A stretch of DNA of 64,000 nt from Syntrophomonadaceae bacterium (GTDB lineage Bacteria > Bacillota > Dethiobacteria > SKNC01), in contig PWHX01000012.1 of the NCBI GenBank assembly GCA_003555415.1, positions 13,053 to 77,052 on the forward strand, in the 5' to 3' direction. Within the stretch, counting starts at the first letter, position 1; each line of letters begins with the position of its first letter. Shown here piece by piece: positions 10,047 to 22,051 of this stretch. Under the pieces are notes generated by a model. The model saw only the letters and a list, made by a program, of their open reading frames with translations. It searched no databases and was not told where the DNA came from. The translations under genes and the position numbers were made by a program.

Positions 10047-11366
10047 ATGAAAGATGAAATTATTATAATTGGTGGAGGGCTCGCCGGAAGTGAGGCAGCC
10101 TGGCAGGCTGCCTCCCGGGGCACCAAAGTTATTCTTTATGAGATGCGGCCTGAAAAAATGACTCCGGCTCATCATACAGGCATGTTATCGGAACTGGTGT
10201 GCAGTAATTCTTTAAGGTCTATGGATCTGGAAAATGCGGCAGGTCTTTTAAAGGAGGAAATGCGTAGGCTAAACTCTTTAATTATGTCTTCTGCAGATAA
10301 AAGCCGTGTTCCTGCTGGCAGTGCCCTTGCCGTAGACAGGGAGCTTTTTGCCCGACAAATTACAGAAACACTGGAAGAGAATCCCCTGGTGGAATTAAGA
10401 AGAGAGGAAGCAGAAAAAATTCCTGAAACTGATAAGCCAGTAATAATCGCCACAGGCCCTCTTACTTCTGAGGTGCTGGCTGAAGAAATAAAAGGGATTA
10501 CAGGAAGTGAGTACCTGTATTTCTTTGATGCTGCTGCTCCTATAGTAACCAGGGAGTCAATAAATATGGAAAAAGTGTTTCGGGCTTCCCGTTACGGTAA
10601 GGGTACGGCAGATTACCTCAACTGTCCTATGAATGAAGAGGAATATAATCGTTTTTGGAAGGCTTTAACTGATGCTGAACGATACCAAAAAAAAGAGTTT
10701 GAAAAGGAAGTGTATTTTGAAGGTTGTATGCCTGTAGAAGAGATGGCTTCCCGGGGGTATAAAACCCTTCTTTTTGGTCCTTTAAAGCCAGTTGGGTTGG
10801 AAGATCCCCGGTCCGGGGAACAGGCTTACGCTATTGCACAATTGAGGCAGGACAATCTTTCTGAAACATTGTATAATATGGTAGGTTTTCAAACCAGCCT
10901 GACCTGGCCTGAACAAGAGCGGGTTTTTCGTTTAATCCCTGGTTTAGAGAATGCTGAATTTCTCCGCTTTGGGGTTATGCACCGGAATACTTTTATAAAC
11001 TCACCAGAAGTATTGAGCTCAACCTTGCAGCTAAAAGACAGGCCTAATTTATTATTTGCCGGTCAATTAACAGGGGTAGAAGGTTATGTGGAATCTACTT
11101 CCTCCGGCCTTATAGCAGGCATAAATGCTTCTCTTTTGGTTAAAGGTAAGGATCCCTTAATATTCCCTCCCACTACAGCGCATGGTGCTTTATGTCATTA
11201 TATAACCACAGCTAGCCCTAAAAATTTCCAGCCTATGAATGTAAATTTTGGACTGCTACCTGCACCGGAAATAAAGGTTAAGGGAAAGGAAAGAAAAGCC
11301 TATTATTCAAAAAAAGCCTTAAAGGCTATGGAGGACTATATTAAAGATCAAAATATATTAAATTAA
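10047..11366 (+). CDS. trmFO: tRNA (uracil-5-)-methyltransferase TrmFO
   Basis: [36 protein letters not shown]. Confidence 0.97.
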   Translation: MKDEIIIIGGGLAGSEAAWQAASRGTKVILYEMRPEKMTPAHHTGMLSELVCSNSLRSMDLENAAGLLKEEMRRLNSLIMSSADKSRVPAGSALAVDRELFARQITETLEENPLVELRREEAEKIPETDKPVIIATGPLTSEVLAEEIKGITGSEYLYFFDAAAPIVTRESINMEKVFRASRYGKGTADYLNCPMNEEEYNRFWKALTDAERYQKKEFEKEVYFEGCMPVEEMASRGYKTLLFGPLKPVGLEDPRSGEQAYAIAQLRQDNLSETLYNMVGFQTSLTWPEQERVFRLIPGLENAEFLRFGVMHRNTFINSPEVLSSTLQLKDRPNLLFAGQLTGVEGYVESTSSGLIAGINASLLVKGKDPLIFPPTTAHGALCHYITTASPKNFQPMNVNFGLLPAPEIKVKGKERKAYYSKKALKAMEDYIKDQNILN

Positions 11367-11408
11367 ATTTTGATCTTTACAAGCGTGTTAGAAGGGATAC
11401 AAATATTC

Positions 11409-11437
11409 TTGCATAAAGGCAGATGATATGGTAAGAT
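11409..11437 (+). promoter_or_regulatory. SigA-type promoter upstream of xerC-hslVU-codY
   Basis: TTGCAT-17 nt-TAAGAT with TG extended -10. Confidence 0.55.
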
Positions 11438-11459
11438 TTTAAAAAAAGAGGGTGTTAAA

Positions 11460-12356
11460 GTGGGAGATATACTTGAAAACTTTATTAGCTTCTTAAAAAT
11501 AGAAAAAAATGCATCAGAATGGACGCAACGAAAATATTTAGAAGACCTGAAACAATTTTCCATGTTCCTGGAACAGCAAGGAAGTAGTCTTCAAAATATG
11601 GACCACTTGGTTATACGACATTTTCTTTCTGCTTTACAGAAAAAGGGTTACGCCCGAACTACTGTTGCCCGAAAACTTTCTGCTATACGTTCTTTAATTC
11701 GGTATATAAACCGGGAAAACAGTATGGCTGTAAATGAAAGGTTGTCTTTTTTTACTCCCAAGAGAGGGCAAAGTCTACCCAAGTTTTTATATTTAACTGA
11801 AATTATTACTCTGATAGAGTCGCCAGATACAAATACTGTCTTAGGCAGCCGGGATAGGGCTATAATGGAAACTCTTTATGCAGCCGGTATAAGAGTAAGT
11901 GAGTTGGTAGGGCTCAGCTTGGAGAGTATAGACTTAGATTCCAGATTATTAAAAGTAAAGGGCAAGGGGAATAAAGAAAGATTTGTTTTGATTGGCAAAT
12001 ATGCAGAAAGCTCCCTTCGTTCCTACCTTGAGTTAAGCCGGACTAAACTTTTAGAAAAAAGAAAAGATGGATCATTTGAAAAAGCAATTTTTTTAAATAA
12101 GTACGGCTTTCGACTGTCAGACAGGAGTATTAGGAGAATTATAGAAAAATACATAAAGAAAGCTTCTGTAAAAACTAAAGCCAGTCCCCACACCATAAGA
12201 CATTCATTTGCTACTCACCTTCTAGATGCCGGGGCTGATTTAAGAACTGTACAGGAATTACTTGGGCATGTGAATCTATCTTCTACTCAAATATATACCC
12301 ATTTGACGAAGGAAAATGTTAAAATAATTTATAACTCTGCACATCCCAGGGCCTAG
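11460..12356 (+). CDS. xerC: Tyrosine recombinase XerC (CodV-type)
   Basis: [32 protein letters not shown]; conserved trmFO-xerC-hslVU-codY order. Confidence 0.92.
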   Translation: MGDILENFISFLKIEKNASEWTQRKYLEDLKQFSMFLEQQGSSLQNMDHLVIRHFLSALQKKGYARTTVARKLSAIRSLIRYINRENSMAVNERLSFFTPKRGQSLPKFLYLTEIITLIESPDTNTVLGSRDRAIMETLYAAGIRVSELVGLSLESIDLDSRLLKVKGKGNKERFVLIGKYAESSLRSYLELSRTKLLEKRKDGSFEKAIFLNKYGFRLSDRSIRRIIEKYIKKASVKTKASPHTIRHSFATHLLDAGADLRTVQELLGHVNLSSTQIYTHLTKENVKIIYNSAHPRA

Positions 12357-12408
12357 TAAAGTACGAAATAAAGGGTCTGGAGAAATTAATTATTTAAAGA
12401 GGAAAACT

Positions 12409-12945
12409 ATGTTTAAAGGTACAACTATAGTTGCTGTAAAAAAAGGTAATAAGGCAGCAATAGCCGGAGATGGTCAGGTAACTTTTGGCCAAAACATGAT
12501 TATGAAAAGAAAGGCTGTTAAAATTAGAAAGATATACAGCAATAAAGTTATAGCTGGTTTTGCCGGTTCTGTAGCTGATACTTTTACGCTTTTTGAAAAG
12601 TTTGAGGAGCAACTGCATAAATACCAGGGAAACATGAAAAGAGCTGCTGTGGAACTTGCAAAAGAATGGAGAACCGACAAGTATTTGCGTCGGTTAGAGG
12701 CCTTGTTAATTGTAGTTAATGTAGAAAGCCTTTTAATTATTTCAGGCACCGGTGAAGTTATCGAGCCAGATGATAATGTGGCTGCCGTTGGTTCAGGTGC
12801 AGGTTATGCCCTGGCTGCAGCTAGGGCTATGTTGAAGCACACTAACCTTCAACCTGGGGAAGTAGCCAAGGACTCTCTTTCTATGGCTGCTGATATATGC
12901 GTATATACCAACCATGAAATAGCTGTAGAAGATCTATATTTATAA
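12409..12945 (+). CDS. hslV: ATP-dependent protease subunit HslV (ClpQ)
   Basis: GTTIVAV (N-terminal Thr), AGDGQVT, GFAG, GSG, DICVYTN. Confidence 0.97.
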   Translation: MFKGTTIVAVKKGNKAAIAGDGQVTFGQNMIMKRKAVKIRKIYSNKVIAGFAGSVADTFTLFEKFEEQLHKYQGNMKRAAVELAKEWRTDKYLRRLEALLIVVNVESLLIISGTGEVIEPDDNVAAVGSGAGYALAAARAMLKHTNLQPGEVAKDSLSMAADICVYTNHEIAVEDLYL

Positions 12946-13046
12946 AATTTTTATTCTAAATTTTTGAAATTTTATAAATATTTTAGTATTTTCTGCCATC
13001 ATTTTTTTGACGTTCCCGTCTTTTATTTTTTAGGAGGAATAAACAT

Positions 13047-14456
13047 ATGGAAAATTTAACACCCAGACAAATCGTTCAAGAATTAGATAAATATATAATA
13101 GGTCAAGATAAGGCAAAGAAAAGTGTAGCAGTGGCCTTGCGTAATAGGTATCGTAGGAAAAGACTGCCCCTGGAATTACAAGATGAAGTTATTCCGAAAA
13201 ATATTATTATGATTGGTCCTACCGGAGTAGGTAAAACAGAAATTGCTCGAAGAATGGCCAGGCTAGTTAATGCTCCTTTTGTTAAAGTTGAGGCTACAAA
13301 GTTTACTGAAGTTGGCTATGTAGGACGAGATGTAGAGACTATGATACGGGATTTAGTAGAAACATCTATAAGAATCATTAAAGCAGAAAAAATGGAAGGG
13401 GTAGAAGGCAAAGCAAAAGAAATGGTAGAAAAGCGCATCCTGGATATCTTAGTTCCTACTCCCAGGAAGGAAAGAACATTTCAAAATCCTCTAGGTGCTT
13501 TATTCCAGAATATTTCCGGTGAAGAAGAAAACGAAAGCGAGACTGAATCAGAAGAAAAGGAAGAAGAGATTTATATTCATAAAAGAAGGGCACAGTTCCG
13601 GGAGGATTTAAAATCTGGAAATTTAGAAGATAAATATATTGAAATTGAAGTAGAAGATATCTCCTCTCCTGTTGTAGAAATTTTTTCAGGGCAAGGGGTA
13701 GAGGAAATGGGGATAAACTTTAAAGATATTTTAGGTAACATGATGCCCAAGAAAAAAAAGAAGAGAAAGGTAACTATTAGTCAGGCCCGTAAAATACTGT
13801 TACAAGAGGAAGCGCAAAAGCTAATTGATATGGACGAAGCAACAAATGAAGCTTTACAAAGGGCTGAACAATCGGGCATAATATTTTTGGATGAAATAGA
13901 TAAGGTTTCAGGAAAAGATTCCTCAACCGGTCCCGATGTATCTCGAGAAGGAGTGCAGAGAGATATTCTTCCTATAGTTGAAGGTTCTACCGTTATGACT
14001 AAATATGGACCGGTAAAAACAGATTATATACTTTTCATTGCCGCAGGGGCTTTTCATACAGCAAAACCCTCGGACCTGATCCCTGAACTGCAGGGAAGAT
14101 TTCCTATCAGGGTAGAACTAAACAGCTTGGATAAAGAGCATTTTAAACAAATTTTAGTCCAGCCGGAAAATGCTTTAATCAAGCAGTATGTAGCTTTGCT
14201 GTCAACAGAAGGCTTAAGGTTAAATTTTTCTGATGATGCCGTAGATGAAATTGCTGAATTAGCATATATTTTAAACGAGCAAATGGAAAATATTGGGGCT
14301 CGCAGGCTGCAAACAATATTGGAAAAACTATTGGAAGAGTTATCTTTTGAAGCTCCCGAATTAGGTGAAAAAGAAATAAATATAAATTCAGATTATGTAA
14401 AAGAAACTTTAAAAGACATTGTCAAGGATAAGGATCTCAGTAAGTATATTCTATAA
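13047..14456 (+). CDS. hslU: ATP-dependent protease ATPase HslU (ClpY)
   Basis: [25 protein letters not shown], terminal SKYIL. Confidence 0.97.
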   Translation: MENLTPRQIVQELDKYIIGQDKAKKSVAVALRNRYRRKRLPLELQDEVIPKNIIMIGPTGVGKTEIARRMARLVNAPFVKVEATKFTEVGYVGRDVETMIRDLVETSIRIIKAEKMEGVEGKAKEMVEKRILDILVPTPRKERTFQNPLGALFQNISGEEENESETESEEKEEEIYIHKRRAQFREDLKSGNLEDKYIEIEVEDISSPVVEIFSGQGVEEMGINFKDILGNMMPKKKKKRKVTISQARKILLQEEAQKLIDMDEATNEALQRAEQSGIIFLDEIDKVSGKDSSTGPDVSREGVQRDILPIVEGSTVMTKYGPVKTDYILFIAAGAFHTAKPSDLIPELQGRFPIRVELNSLDKEHFKQILVQPENALIKQYVALLSTEGLRLNFSDDAVDEIAELAYILNEQMENIGARRLQTILEKLLEELSFEAPELGEKEININSDYVKETLKDIVKDKDLSKYIL

Positions 14457-14476
14457 GCGGAAAGGAAGTTGAAATA

Positions 14477-15256
14477 ATGGAGGGCTTACTGGAAAAGACC
14501 AGGCAAATTAATAGTATACTACAAAAGTCTGCTGGGCAGCATGTAGACTTTAAAGAAATTGCTGAAGTACTAAGGGATGTAATAAATGCGAATGTCTATA
14601 TTGCTAGTCGCCAGGGAACTATACTGGGTCATTCCCTTGTAAAAGAGTTTGAATGCGAAATTATGATTAATGAAGTTTTAAATGAAAATTCTTTTCCTGA
14701 GGGTTATAATGAATCACTAATGAACATTGATGATACAAGGGTAAATTCAAAACAAAAGTCAAATTCATGTGTTTTTTTAGATGAGCAGTGTTTATTTACC
14801 AATAAATTAAGTACAATTGTACCTATCGTTGGTGGGGGTAAACGTTTAGGAACTTTACTTTTAGCCAGATTTGCCGAACCTTTTGAATCAGAAGATGTTA
14901 TTTTGGCAGAAACAGGGGCTACAGTTGTAGGAATGGAAATATTAAGGGAAAGAGCGGAAAAAGTAGAGGAGGAAGCCAGAAGTAAGGCAATAGTACAATT
15001 AGCCGTAGGCACTTTATCTTATTCCGAACTGGAGGCTATAGAACACATTTTCGAGGAGTTAAAGGGTAAAGAGGGACTTCTTGTAGCAAGTAAAATAGCA
15101 GATCAGGTAGGAATAACCAGGTCGGTTATCGTAAATGCTTTACGGAAATTTGAAAGTGCCGGTGTGATTGAGTCAAGGTCATTAGGTATGAAAGGGACAT
15201 ATATTAAAGTCTTAAATGACTTTTTATTGGATGAATTAAAAAAAATAAAGAAATAA
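14477..15256 (+). CDS. codY: Transcriptional repressor CodY
   Basis: [40 protein letters not shown]. Confidence 0.98.
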   Translation: MEGLLEKTRQINSILQKSAGQHVDFKEIAEVLRDVINANVYIASRQGTILGHSLVKEFECEIMINEVLNENSFPEGYNESLMNIDDTRVNSKQKSNSCVFLDEQCLFTNKLSTIVPIVGGGKRLGTLLLARFAEPFESEDVILAETGATVVGMEILRERAEKVEEEARSKAIVQLAVGTLSYSELEAIEHIFEELKGKEGLLVASKIADQVGITRSVIVNALRKFESAGVIESRSLGMKGTYIKVLNDFLLDELKKIKK

Positions 15257-15306
15257 TATTAAAAAAATTTTCTGTTGGGAAAAATAATATTTGATTAGAT
15301 CTTATT

Positions 15307-15334
15307 AAAGGGTAGCTTACTTGCTACCTTTTTT
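15307..15334 (+). terminator. Terminator after codY
   Basis: AAAGGGTAGC-TTACTT-GCTACCTTTT plus T-run. Confidence 0.7.
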
Positions 15335-15445
15335 ATTTTTTGTTCAAGGTAAAGAAATGTCATTTTTGTGGATAGTTATTAATAATTTAAAATTGAAAGT
15401 AAAAAAATAAATAAATTTTCCTAAAAAAGGCATAATAAGCTAGAG

Positions 15446-16006
15446 GTGTTATTTTTGAGAAAGAAGAAAAAAAATTTTTTTCATTTTAAATCCCTGATGG
15501 TTGGTTTTATAGCGGGACTAGTTACATTTTTACTTCTCAGTTCAGTCATTTTGGGTTTTATATCTCAAGAAGGGGTAGTAGTTTACATAAATAGTGAAGA
15601 GGTTGCCAGTACCGTAGAAAAACAGGTAACAGCATTTACCAATCAGCAGATTCCCTATTATATGGGTGAGGCTAAAGAAGAGGTTCCGGGAATTGTGGAA
15701 AAGCAACTAGAAGGTCAATTTACTACGGGTAAACTAGAAATTGCCGGGGTATCTTTTGAGCTTCCGGAAGAATTCGTATCCAACCTGGAGCACATGTTAA
15801 AAGATAATATAGAAGCAGGGATATATAATATTATAGATGGTATAGATAATGAGGAGCTTTCTAGGGATTTAGGAGCCTATTCATATAAAATTGTTAAAAA
15901 AACATTAGAGGAGGAATACAAGGGGAAAAGCTTAACGGTAAAGCCTTTTGAGTGGTTCAGCATACTGGTTACAATTGATATAGAAGATAGCCTGGAGGAA
16001 GAATGA
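15446..16006 (+). CDS. Hypothetical membrane-anchored protein
   Basis: Basic N-terminus, one hydrophobic helix, acidic remainder; start codon uncertain. Confidence 0.75.
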   Translation: MLFLRKKKKNFFHFKSLMVGFIAGLVTFLLLSSVILGFISQEGVVVYINSEEVASTVEKQVTAFTNQQIPYYMGEAKEEVPGIVEKQLEGQFTTGKLEIAGVSFELPEEFVSNLEHMLKDNIEAGIYNIIDGIDNEELSRDLGAYSYKIVKKTLEEEYKGKSLTVKPFEWFSILVTIDIEDSLEEE

Positions 16007-16023
16007 TGAGACGTCTAAATTTA

Positions 16024-16052
16024 TTGCTAAAAAATATAAATTGTGATATACT
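16024..16052 (+). promoter_or_regulatory. SigA promoter of rpsB-tsf
   Basis: TTGCTA-17 nt-TATACT with TG extended -10. Confidence 0.7.
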
Positions 16053-16066
16053 ACAAAAGATGTAAA

Positions 16067-16168
16067 AACACACGCTTTGTGGATTTTCAGAATAGGGTGT
16101 TGCCTTTTAATAAGGCGATTTTCTGAGAAGATGAAAAAAGCGGAGGTATAAAACCTAGGGAGGAGGTG
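16067..16168 (+). ncRNA. rpsB (S2) autoregulatory leader
   Basis: ACACACGCTTT...AAAGCGGAGG closing stem with internal TTCAGAA/TTCTGAG pairing, typical of Firmicutes rpsB 5' UTRs. Confidence 0.65.
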
Positions 16169-16173
16169 CAAAA

Positions 16174-16929
16174 TTGGCTGTAGTGTCCATGAAACAATTA
16201 CTTGAAGCTGGTGTTCATTTTGGCCATCAAACTCGCAGATGGAATCCCAAGATGAAAAATTACATCTTTACTGAGCGTAATGGTATCTATATCATTGACT
16301 TACAAAGAACAGTAAAGAGAATTGATGAAGCATATAATTATTTTAAAGATATAGCTTCTCGGGGAGAAAAGGTTCTGTTTGTTGGGACAAAAAAACAGGC
16401 ACAGGAATCGGTTCAAAAAGAAGCTGAAAAATGTGGCATGTTTTATGTTAATCAAAGGTGGTTGGGAGGCATGTTGACTAACTTTCAAACCATTCGTAAA
16501 AGAATTGATCGTTTGTTTGATTTAGATAAGATGGAAGAGGATGGATTGTTTGAAGTCCTTCCAAAAAAAGAAGTCATAAGGCTTAAGCATGAAAAAGAAA
16601 AACTAGAAAAGTTTCTTGGTGGAATTAAACATATGAAAGAGCTTCCTACTGCTGTATACATTATTGATCCCCGCAAAGAAAGAATTGCCGTAGCGGAAGC
16701 AAGGAAACTGGGGATTCCTATAGTAGCTATTGTAGATACTAATTGTGATCCTGATGAGATTGATCTTGTTATTCCAGGTAATGATGATGCTATTAGAGCT
16801 GTTAAGTTAATAACCAGCAAGCTGGCTGATTCTGTTTTAGAAGGTAAGCAGGGAATGCAGATGGAAGATGATGAGATAACTGAAGAAGGTAAAGAAGATA
16901 AAGAAGAAAAGATTGAAGTTACAGAGTAA
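16174..16929 (+). CDS. rpsB: 30S ribosomal protein S2
   Basis: [34 protein letters not shown]. Confidence 0.99.
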   Translation: MAVVSMKQLLEAGVHFGHQTRRWNPKMKNYIFTERNGIYIIDLQRTVKRIDEAYNYFKDIASRGEKVLFVGTKKQAQESVQKEAEKCGMFYVNQRWLGGMLTNFQTIRKRIDRLFDLDKMEEDGLFEVLPKKEVIRLKHEKEKLEKFLGGIKHMKELPTAVYIIDPRKERIAVAEARKLGIPIVAIVDTNCDPDEIDLVIPGNDDAIRAVKLITSKLADSVLEGKQGMQMEDDEITEEGKEDKEEKIEVTE

Positions 16930-16948
16930 AAAATAATAATGTATTATG

Positions 16949-16983
16949 AGTAAGGGTAGGTTAACGCTTACCCTTGCTTTTTT
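16949..16983 (+). terminator. Hairpin between rpsB and tsf
   Basis: AGTAAGGGTAGG/CTTACCCTTGCT plus T-run. Confidence 0.6.
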
Positions 16984-17026
16984 ACCTTTCAAAACATTTT
17001 AATTACATATTATTTAGGAGGTTTTA

Positions 17027-17680
17027 GTGATGGTAAAAGCTGCTCTAGTCAAAGAACTTAGAGATAAAACAGGAGCAGGAATGATGGATTGTAAAAAAGC
17101 CCTGTTAGAGGCCGAAGGTAATCTGGATAAAGCTATTACTATCCTTAGAGAGAAAGGATTATCTTCAGCGGCTAAAAAATCTGGGCGGATAACATCTGAA
17201 GGATGTGTAGATGCATATATTCATATGGGTGGTAAAATCGGGGTTCTTCTGGAGGTTAATTGCGAAACAGATTTTGTAGCCAAAAATGATGAGTTCAAAC
17301 AGTTTGTCCGGGATCTATGTATGCAGATTGCTGCTTCTAATCCACAATATATTTCGAGGGAGGAAGTGCCGGAAGAAGTAGTAAATAAAGAGAGTGAAAT
17401 ATTTAAAAACCAGGCATTATCGGAGGGTAAACCCGAAAAGATTGTAGACAAAATCGTTGAGGGAAAAATGGATAAATATTATCAAGAAATATGTTTATTG
17501 GAACAAGATTTTATAAGAGACACAGACTTTAAGATTATGGATTTGCTCAAAGAAAAGATTGCAAAATTAGGTGAAAATATTACTATAAGGCGTTTTACCC
17601 GGTTTGTTATGGGCGAAGGCCTAGAAAAAAAAGAAAATGACCTTGCAAAAGAAGTAGAAGACATAATCAGTACAGAATAA
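17027..17680 (+). CDS. tsf: Elongation factor Ts (short form)
   Basis: [29 protein letters not shown]. Confidence 0.98.
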   Translation: MMVKAALVKELRDKTGAGMMDCKKALLEAEGNLDKAITILREKGLSSAAKKSGRITSEGCVDAYIHMGGKIGVLLEVNCETDFVAKNDEFKQFVRDLCMQIAASNPQYISREEVPEEVVNKESEIFKNQALSEGKPEKIVDKIVEGKMDKYYQEICLLEQDFIRDTDFKIMDLLKEKIAKLGENITIRRFTRFVMGEGLEKKENDLAKEVEDIISTE

Positions 17681-17685
17681 CCTTT

Positions 17686-17710
17686 AAAAAAGCACATTTG
17701 TGCTTTTTTT
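17686..17710 (+). terminator. Terminator after tsf
   Basis: AAAAAAGCAC-ATTT-GTGCTTTTTTT. Confidence 0.6.
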
Positions 17711-17766
17711 CTTAAATCATCTCTTTACATTTTCTGATTTTGCAAACAAATAATTCAAGCTTAAAC

Positions 17767-18541
<775 letters not shown>

Positions 18542-18557
18542 GGAGGTAAATAATAAG

Positions 18558-19115
18558 ATGGCTGATGAAGTGTTTAGTAAAACAGAAGATAATATGAGTA
18601 AAGCTGTGGAGTCTTTAAAAAGAGATTTTAGCTATATAAGAGCAGGACGTGCAACTCCTTCGCTTCTGGATAAGATTACAGTAGATTATTACGGAACGGC
18701 AACTCCATTGAACCAACTGGCAACCGTAAGTGCTCCGGAACCCAGGCTTTTGATGGTTCAGCCCTGGGATAAAAATATAATCGGAGATGTTGAAAAGGCT
18801 ATTTTGAAATCTGACCTGGGATTAACTCCAAATAATGACGGTAACGTTATTCGGCTTCCGATACCTCAGCTCACAGAAGAAAGAAGAAAAGAACTGGTTA
18901 AAATGGTAAAAAATAAAGCAGAAGAAGGACGGGTAGCTGTACGAAACATTCGCAGAGAAGCTAATGATCAGCTAAAAAAAATGGAAAAAAGCAGTGACAT
19001 TACAAAGGATGATTTAAAACGCCTGCAAGATGATGTTCAAAAACTTACGGACAAATATATTGCAGAAATAGATAAAACTGTTGGAAATAAGGAAAATGAA
19101 ATAATGGAAGTATAA
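18558..19115 (+). CDS. frr: Ribosome recycling factor
   Basis: [21 protein letters not shown]. Confidence 0.98.
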   Translation: MADEVFSKTEDNMSKAVESLKRDFSYIRAGRATPSLLDKITVDYYGTATPLNQLATVSAPEPRLLMVQPWDKNIIGDVEKAILKSDLGLTPNNDGNVIRLPIPQLTEERRKELVKMVKNKAEEGRVAVRNIRREANDQLKKMEKSSDITKDDLKRLQDDVQKLTDKYIAEIDKTVGNKENEIMEV

Positions 19116-19304
19116 AGATTTATTTACTTAATTCAATTATTTAGTTCATCCAAAATGAAGTAAAAGGTGAGGTTAGTATAAGCAAAATAAGATACTGCAT
19201 ATATAAGATATAATGTTACAGCAGGGAAACCTTGCAGGCAATTATCTTATTAACGATGCAGGCCCCCTCAGAAAGAGGGGGTTTGTTTATAAGGAGGCGG
19301 AAGA

Positions 19305-20057
19305 ATGGACTTTGAGGAGAAAGGGAAACAATTATACCAGTTAATAGATCAAGAACGTATACCTTATCATGTTGCTATTATAATGGATGGAAACGGCCGC
19401 TGGGCCAGGAAAAGAGGTCTGCCAAGGATTGCCGGGCATAGGGCAGGAATTGATTCTTTAAGAGAAACCATACGAATTGCCAGGGAAATTGGAGTTAAAA
19501 TATTAACCTTATATACTTTCTCCACAGAAAATTGGAAAAGGCCCAAGAGCGAAGTAAAGTTTCTAATGAAGCTTCCTGAAGAATATCTCCAAAAAGAAAT
19601 AGAAGAACTTTGTGCCAATAACGTAAAAATCAGGGTTTTAGGACTAATTAAAGAACTTCCAGAAAATACAAGAAGAGCACTTGAAGATGCCATAAAAAGA
19701 ACCAAGGGAAACGAAGGTATGGTTGTTAATTTTGCCATGAATTACGGAGGCAGGGGAGATATTGTAAGGGCTGTAAAAAAAATTTCTCAATTGTTACTTC
19801 GGGATGATATAAAAGAAGGGGAAATTGATGAAGAAATAATTTCCCAATACCTATATACAAAAGGATGCCCAGATCCTGATTTATTAATCAGGCCCAGCGG
19901 TGAATTGAGGATAAGTAATTTTCTCTTATGGCAAATAGCTTATACCGAGCTATGGTTTACAGATATTTATTGGCCTGATTTTAAAAAAACACATTTTTTA
20001 CAGGCTGTTTACGATTTCCAGCGGCGTAATCGGAAGTTTGGAGGGATAAAAGGCTAA
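19305..20057 (+). CDS. uppS: Undecaprenyl diphosphate synthase
   Basis: IMDGNGRWA, FSTENWKRP, RPSGELRISNFLLWQ. Confidence 0.97.
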   Translation: MDFEEKGKQLYQLIDQERIPYHVAIIMDGNGRWARKRGLPRIAGHRAGIDSLRETIRIAREIGVKILTLYTFSTENWKRPKSEVKFLMKLPEEYLQKEIEELCANNVKIRVLGLIKELPENTRRALEDAIKRTKGNEGMVVNFAMNYGGRGDIVRAVKKISQLLLRDDIKEGEIDEEIISQYLYTKGCPDPDLLIRPSGELRISNFLLWQIAYTELWFTDIYWPDFKKTHFLQAVYDFQRRNRKFGGIKG

Positions 20058-20058
20058 A

Positions 20059-20847
20059 GTGTTAAAGAAACGAATATTAAGTGGAATTATAGGGATACCC
20101 TTAGCACTATTTATTATATATATGGGAGGAATAAGTTACACTATAGCTATTTTAGTATTGGCTATACTGGGACTGGAGGAGTATAACAGGCTTTCTTTAA
20201 AAGGAAGCTATACTTTTCCTAGAAATCTGTCTTTTGTGTTAGCGTTTCTATATTTTATTATGTTATACTCAGGCGCTCCTTATGTTCTGGAGATGTTTTT
20301 AGTTTTTCTTTTATTTCCTCTTTCTTTTTATTTTGTCTTTATTCATGAATTTAATCTGCGGGATTTATTATTTGCCTCCTGGGGCATGATATACATTATC
20401 TGGCTTTTTGGGTTTCTTATAGTCCTTCGGGATTTACCTGAAGGTTTAACTTATACGCTATTGCTATTTATTGCCATCTGGCTTAATGATATAGCAGCTT
20501 TTTTTGTAGGCAGTTATTTGGGGAAGCATAAACTTATTCCCCGGGTGAGCCCTAATAAAACCATAGAGGGGGCTGCAGGAGGATTAGCGGTTACTGTTAT
20601 ATTTGTATTATTATTTAGAGGTTATATTAATTTTGCATTTTCAACGGCTTTGCTGGCAGGATTGTTGATTTCAATTTTTGGCCAGGCAGGAGACCTTGTT
20701 GAGTCTGCTATAAAAAGAAGTTTAAAGGTAAAAGATTCGGGAGATATTATACCCGGTCATGGAGGGATTCTAGACCGTTTTGATAGCGTTTTGTTTGTTG
20801 CGCCTATTTTATATTTTTATATAAAAATTGTGCTTAAAGTGTTGTAA
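20059..20847 (+). CDS. cdsA: Phosphatidate cytidylyltransferase
   Basis: SPNKTIEG, GDLVESAIKR, KDSG, PGHGGILDRFDS. Confidence 0.96.
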   Translation: MLKKRILSGIIGIPLALFIIYMGGISYTIAILVLAILGLEEYNRLSLKGSYTFPRNLSFVLAFLYFIMLYSGAPYVLEMFLVFLLFPLSFYFVFIHEFNLRDLLFASWGMIYIIWLFGFLIVLRDLPEGLTYTLLLFIAIWLNDIAAFFVGSYLGKHKLIPRVSPNKTIEGAAGGLAVTVIFVLLFRGYINFAFSTALLAGLLISIFGQAGDLVESAIKRSLKVKDSGDIIPGHGGILDRFDSVLFVAPILYFYIKIVLKVL

Positions 20848-20872
20848 TTTTATGGATTTAGGGGGAAAATAT

Positions 20873-22033
20873 ATGAAAAAGCATTTGGTTTTGCTTGGCT
20901 CTACCGGTTCTATAGGTCAGCAAACCCTTTCTGTTGCAGATAAATTTCCCGAACGCTTTACTATAGCTGGCCTGGCTGCCGGGTCAAATATTGATTTATT
21001 AGAAAAGCAGGCAAGGTTATTTAAGCCTGCTATGATTGCTATAGCAAAAAAAGAGCTGGTTCCGGAATTAGAAAAAAGGCTGAGGGATACTAATGTAAGG
21101 GTCCTGGGTGGTGAAAAAGGACTTTTAGAAATGGTTGGTATTTCCAGGGCAGATTGGATTGTAAATGCCCTGGTGGGGTTTAGCGGATTAAGGCCGACAG
21201 CTTTGGCCCTGGAAGAAGGAAAAAATATTGCTTTAGCCAATAAAGAAACTTTGGTAGCCGGGGGAGAGTTGATTATGACCCTGGCTAAAAATAAGGGTTT
21301 AGATATTGTCCCTATCGATAGTGAGCATTCGGCTATATTTCAGTGTCTTCAAGGTGAAAAAGACAACAAAATTTATAAAATATATTTGACAGCTTCAGGG
21401 GGACCTTTTAGAGGTTATAGCCTGGAAGATTTATCCCGAGTTAAGTTGGAGCAGGCTTTGAAACATCCCAACTGGGTTATGGGTAAAAAGATTACTATAG
21501 ATTCAGCAACTTTGATGAATAAAGGACTGGAGGTTCTGGAAGCAAAGGCTCTTTTTGGATTAGGCCTGGAACAGATTGAAGTTGTTATTCATCCTCAGAG
21601 CATTATTCATTCAATGGTAGAGTTTATTGACAGTGCTGTTCTGGCTCAACTGGGTGAACCAGATATGGGTGTGCCCATACAGTATGCCCTGACTTACCCA
21701 AAGCGTTGGCAAAATGATTTTAAAAGGTTAGATTGGAGGAAGATCAAAACTTTAAGCTTTGAACAGCCTGATACGAGAGTTTTTAGATGCTTAAAGCTTG
21801 CTTATGAGGCAGGGGAAGCAGGAGGAACCATGCCTGCGGTGATGAACGCAGCCAATGAAATAGCTGTTGAATTATTTTTAAATGAACAGATTTCTTTTCT
21901 GGATATACCTTGTATAATTGAGAAAGCAATGCATAAACATAAAGTAATTTTAGAACCATCTTTAGAAGACATTAAAAGAATTGACATGGAAATAAGGGAA
22001 CAGGCATCTTTTTTTAAGAATGATTTATTTTAA
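20873..22033 (+). CDS. dxr: 1-deoxy-D-xylulose-5-phosphate reductoisomerase
   Basis: LGSTGSIG, LANKE, PIDSEH, HPNWVMG, NAANE; ATG 20873 after GGGGG SD. Confidence 0.97.
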   Translation: MKKHLVLLGSTGSIGQQTLSVADKFPERFTIAGLAAGSNIDLLEKQARLFKPAMIAIAKKELVPELEKRLRDTNVRVLGGEKGLLEMVGISRADWIVNALVGFSGLRPTALALEEGKNIALANKETLVAGGELIMTLAKNKGLDIVPIDSEHSAIFQCLQGEKDNKIYKIYLTASGGPFRGYSLEDLSRVKLEQALKHPNWVMGKKITIDSATLMNKGLEVLEAKALFGLGLEQIEVVIHPQSIIHSMVEFIDSAVLAQLGEPDMGVPIQYALTYPKRWQNDFKRLDWRKIKTLSFEQPDTRVFRCLKLAYEAGEAGGTMPAVMNAANEIAVELFLNEQISFLDIPCIIEKAMHKHKVILEPSLEDIKRIDMEIREQASFFKNDLF

Positions 22034-22051
22034 GTAAGGAGTTGATGTAGC

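Noticed and set aside
11460..12356. Tyrosine recombinase as possible integrase of a mobile element
   Set aside because: Sits in the conserved trmFO-xerC-hslVU-codY housekeeping context; no att repeats or cargo
12946..13046. AT-rich hslV-hslU spacer with CodY-box-like AAATTTTTGAAATTT
   Set aside because: Three mismatches to AATTTTCWGAAAATT in very AT-rich DNA; not distinguishable from chance
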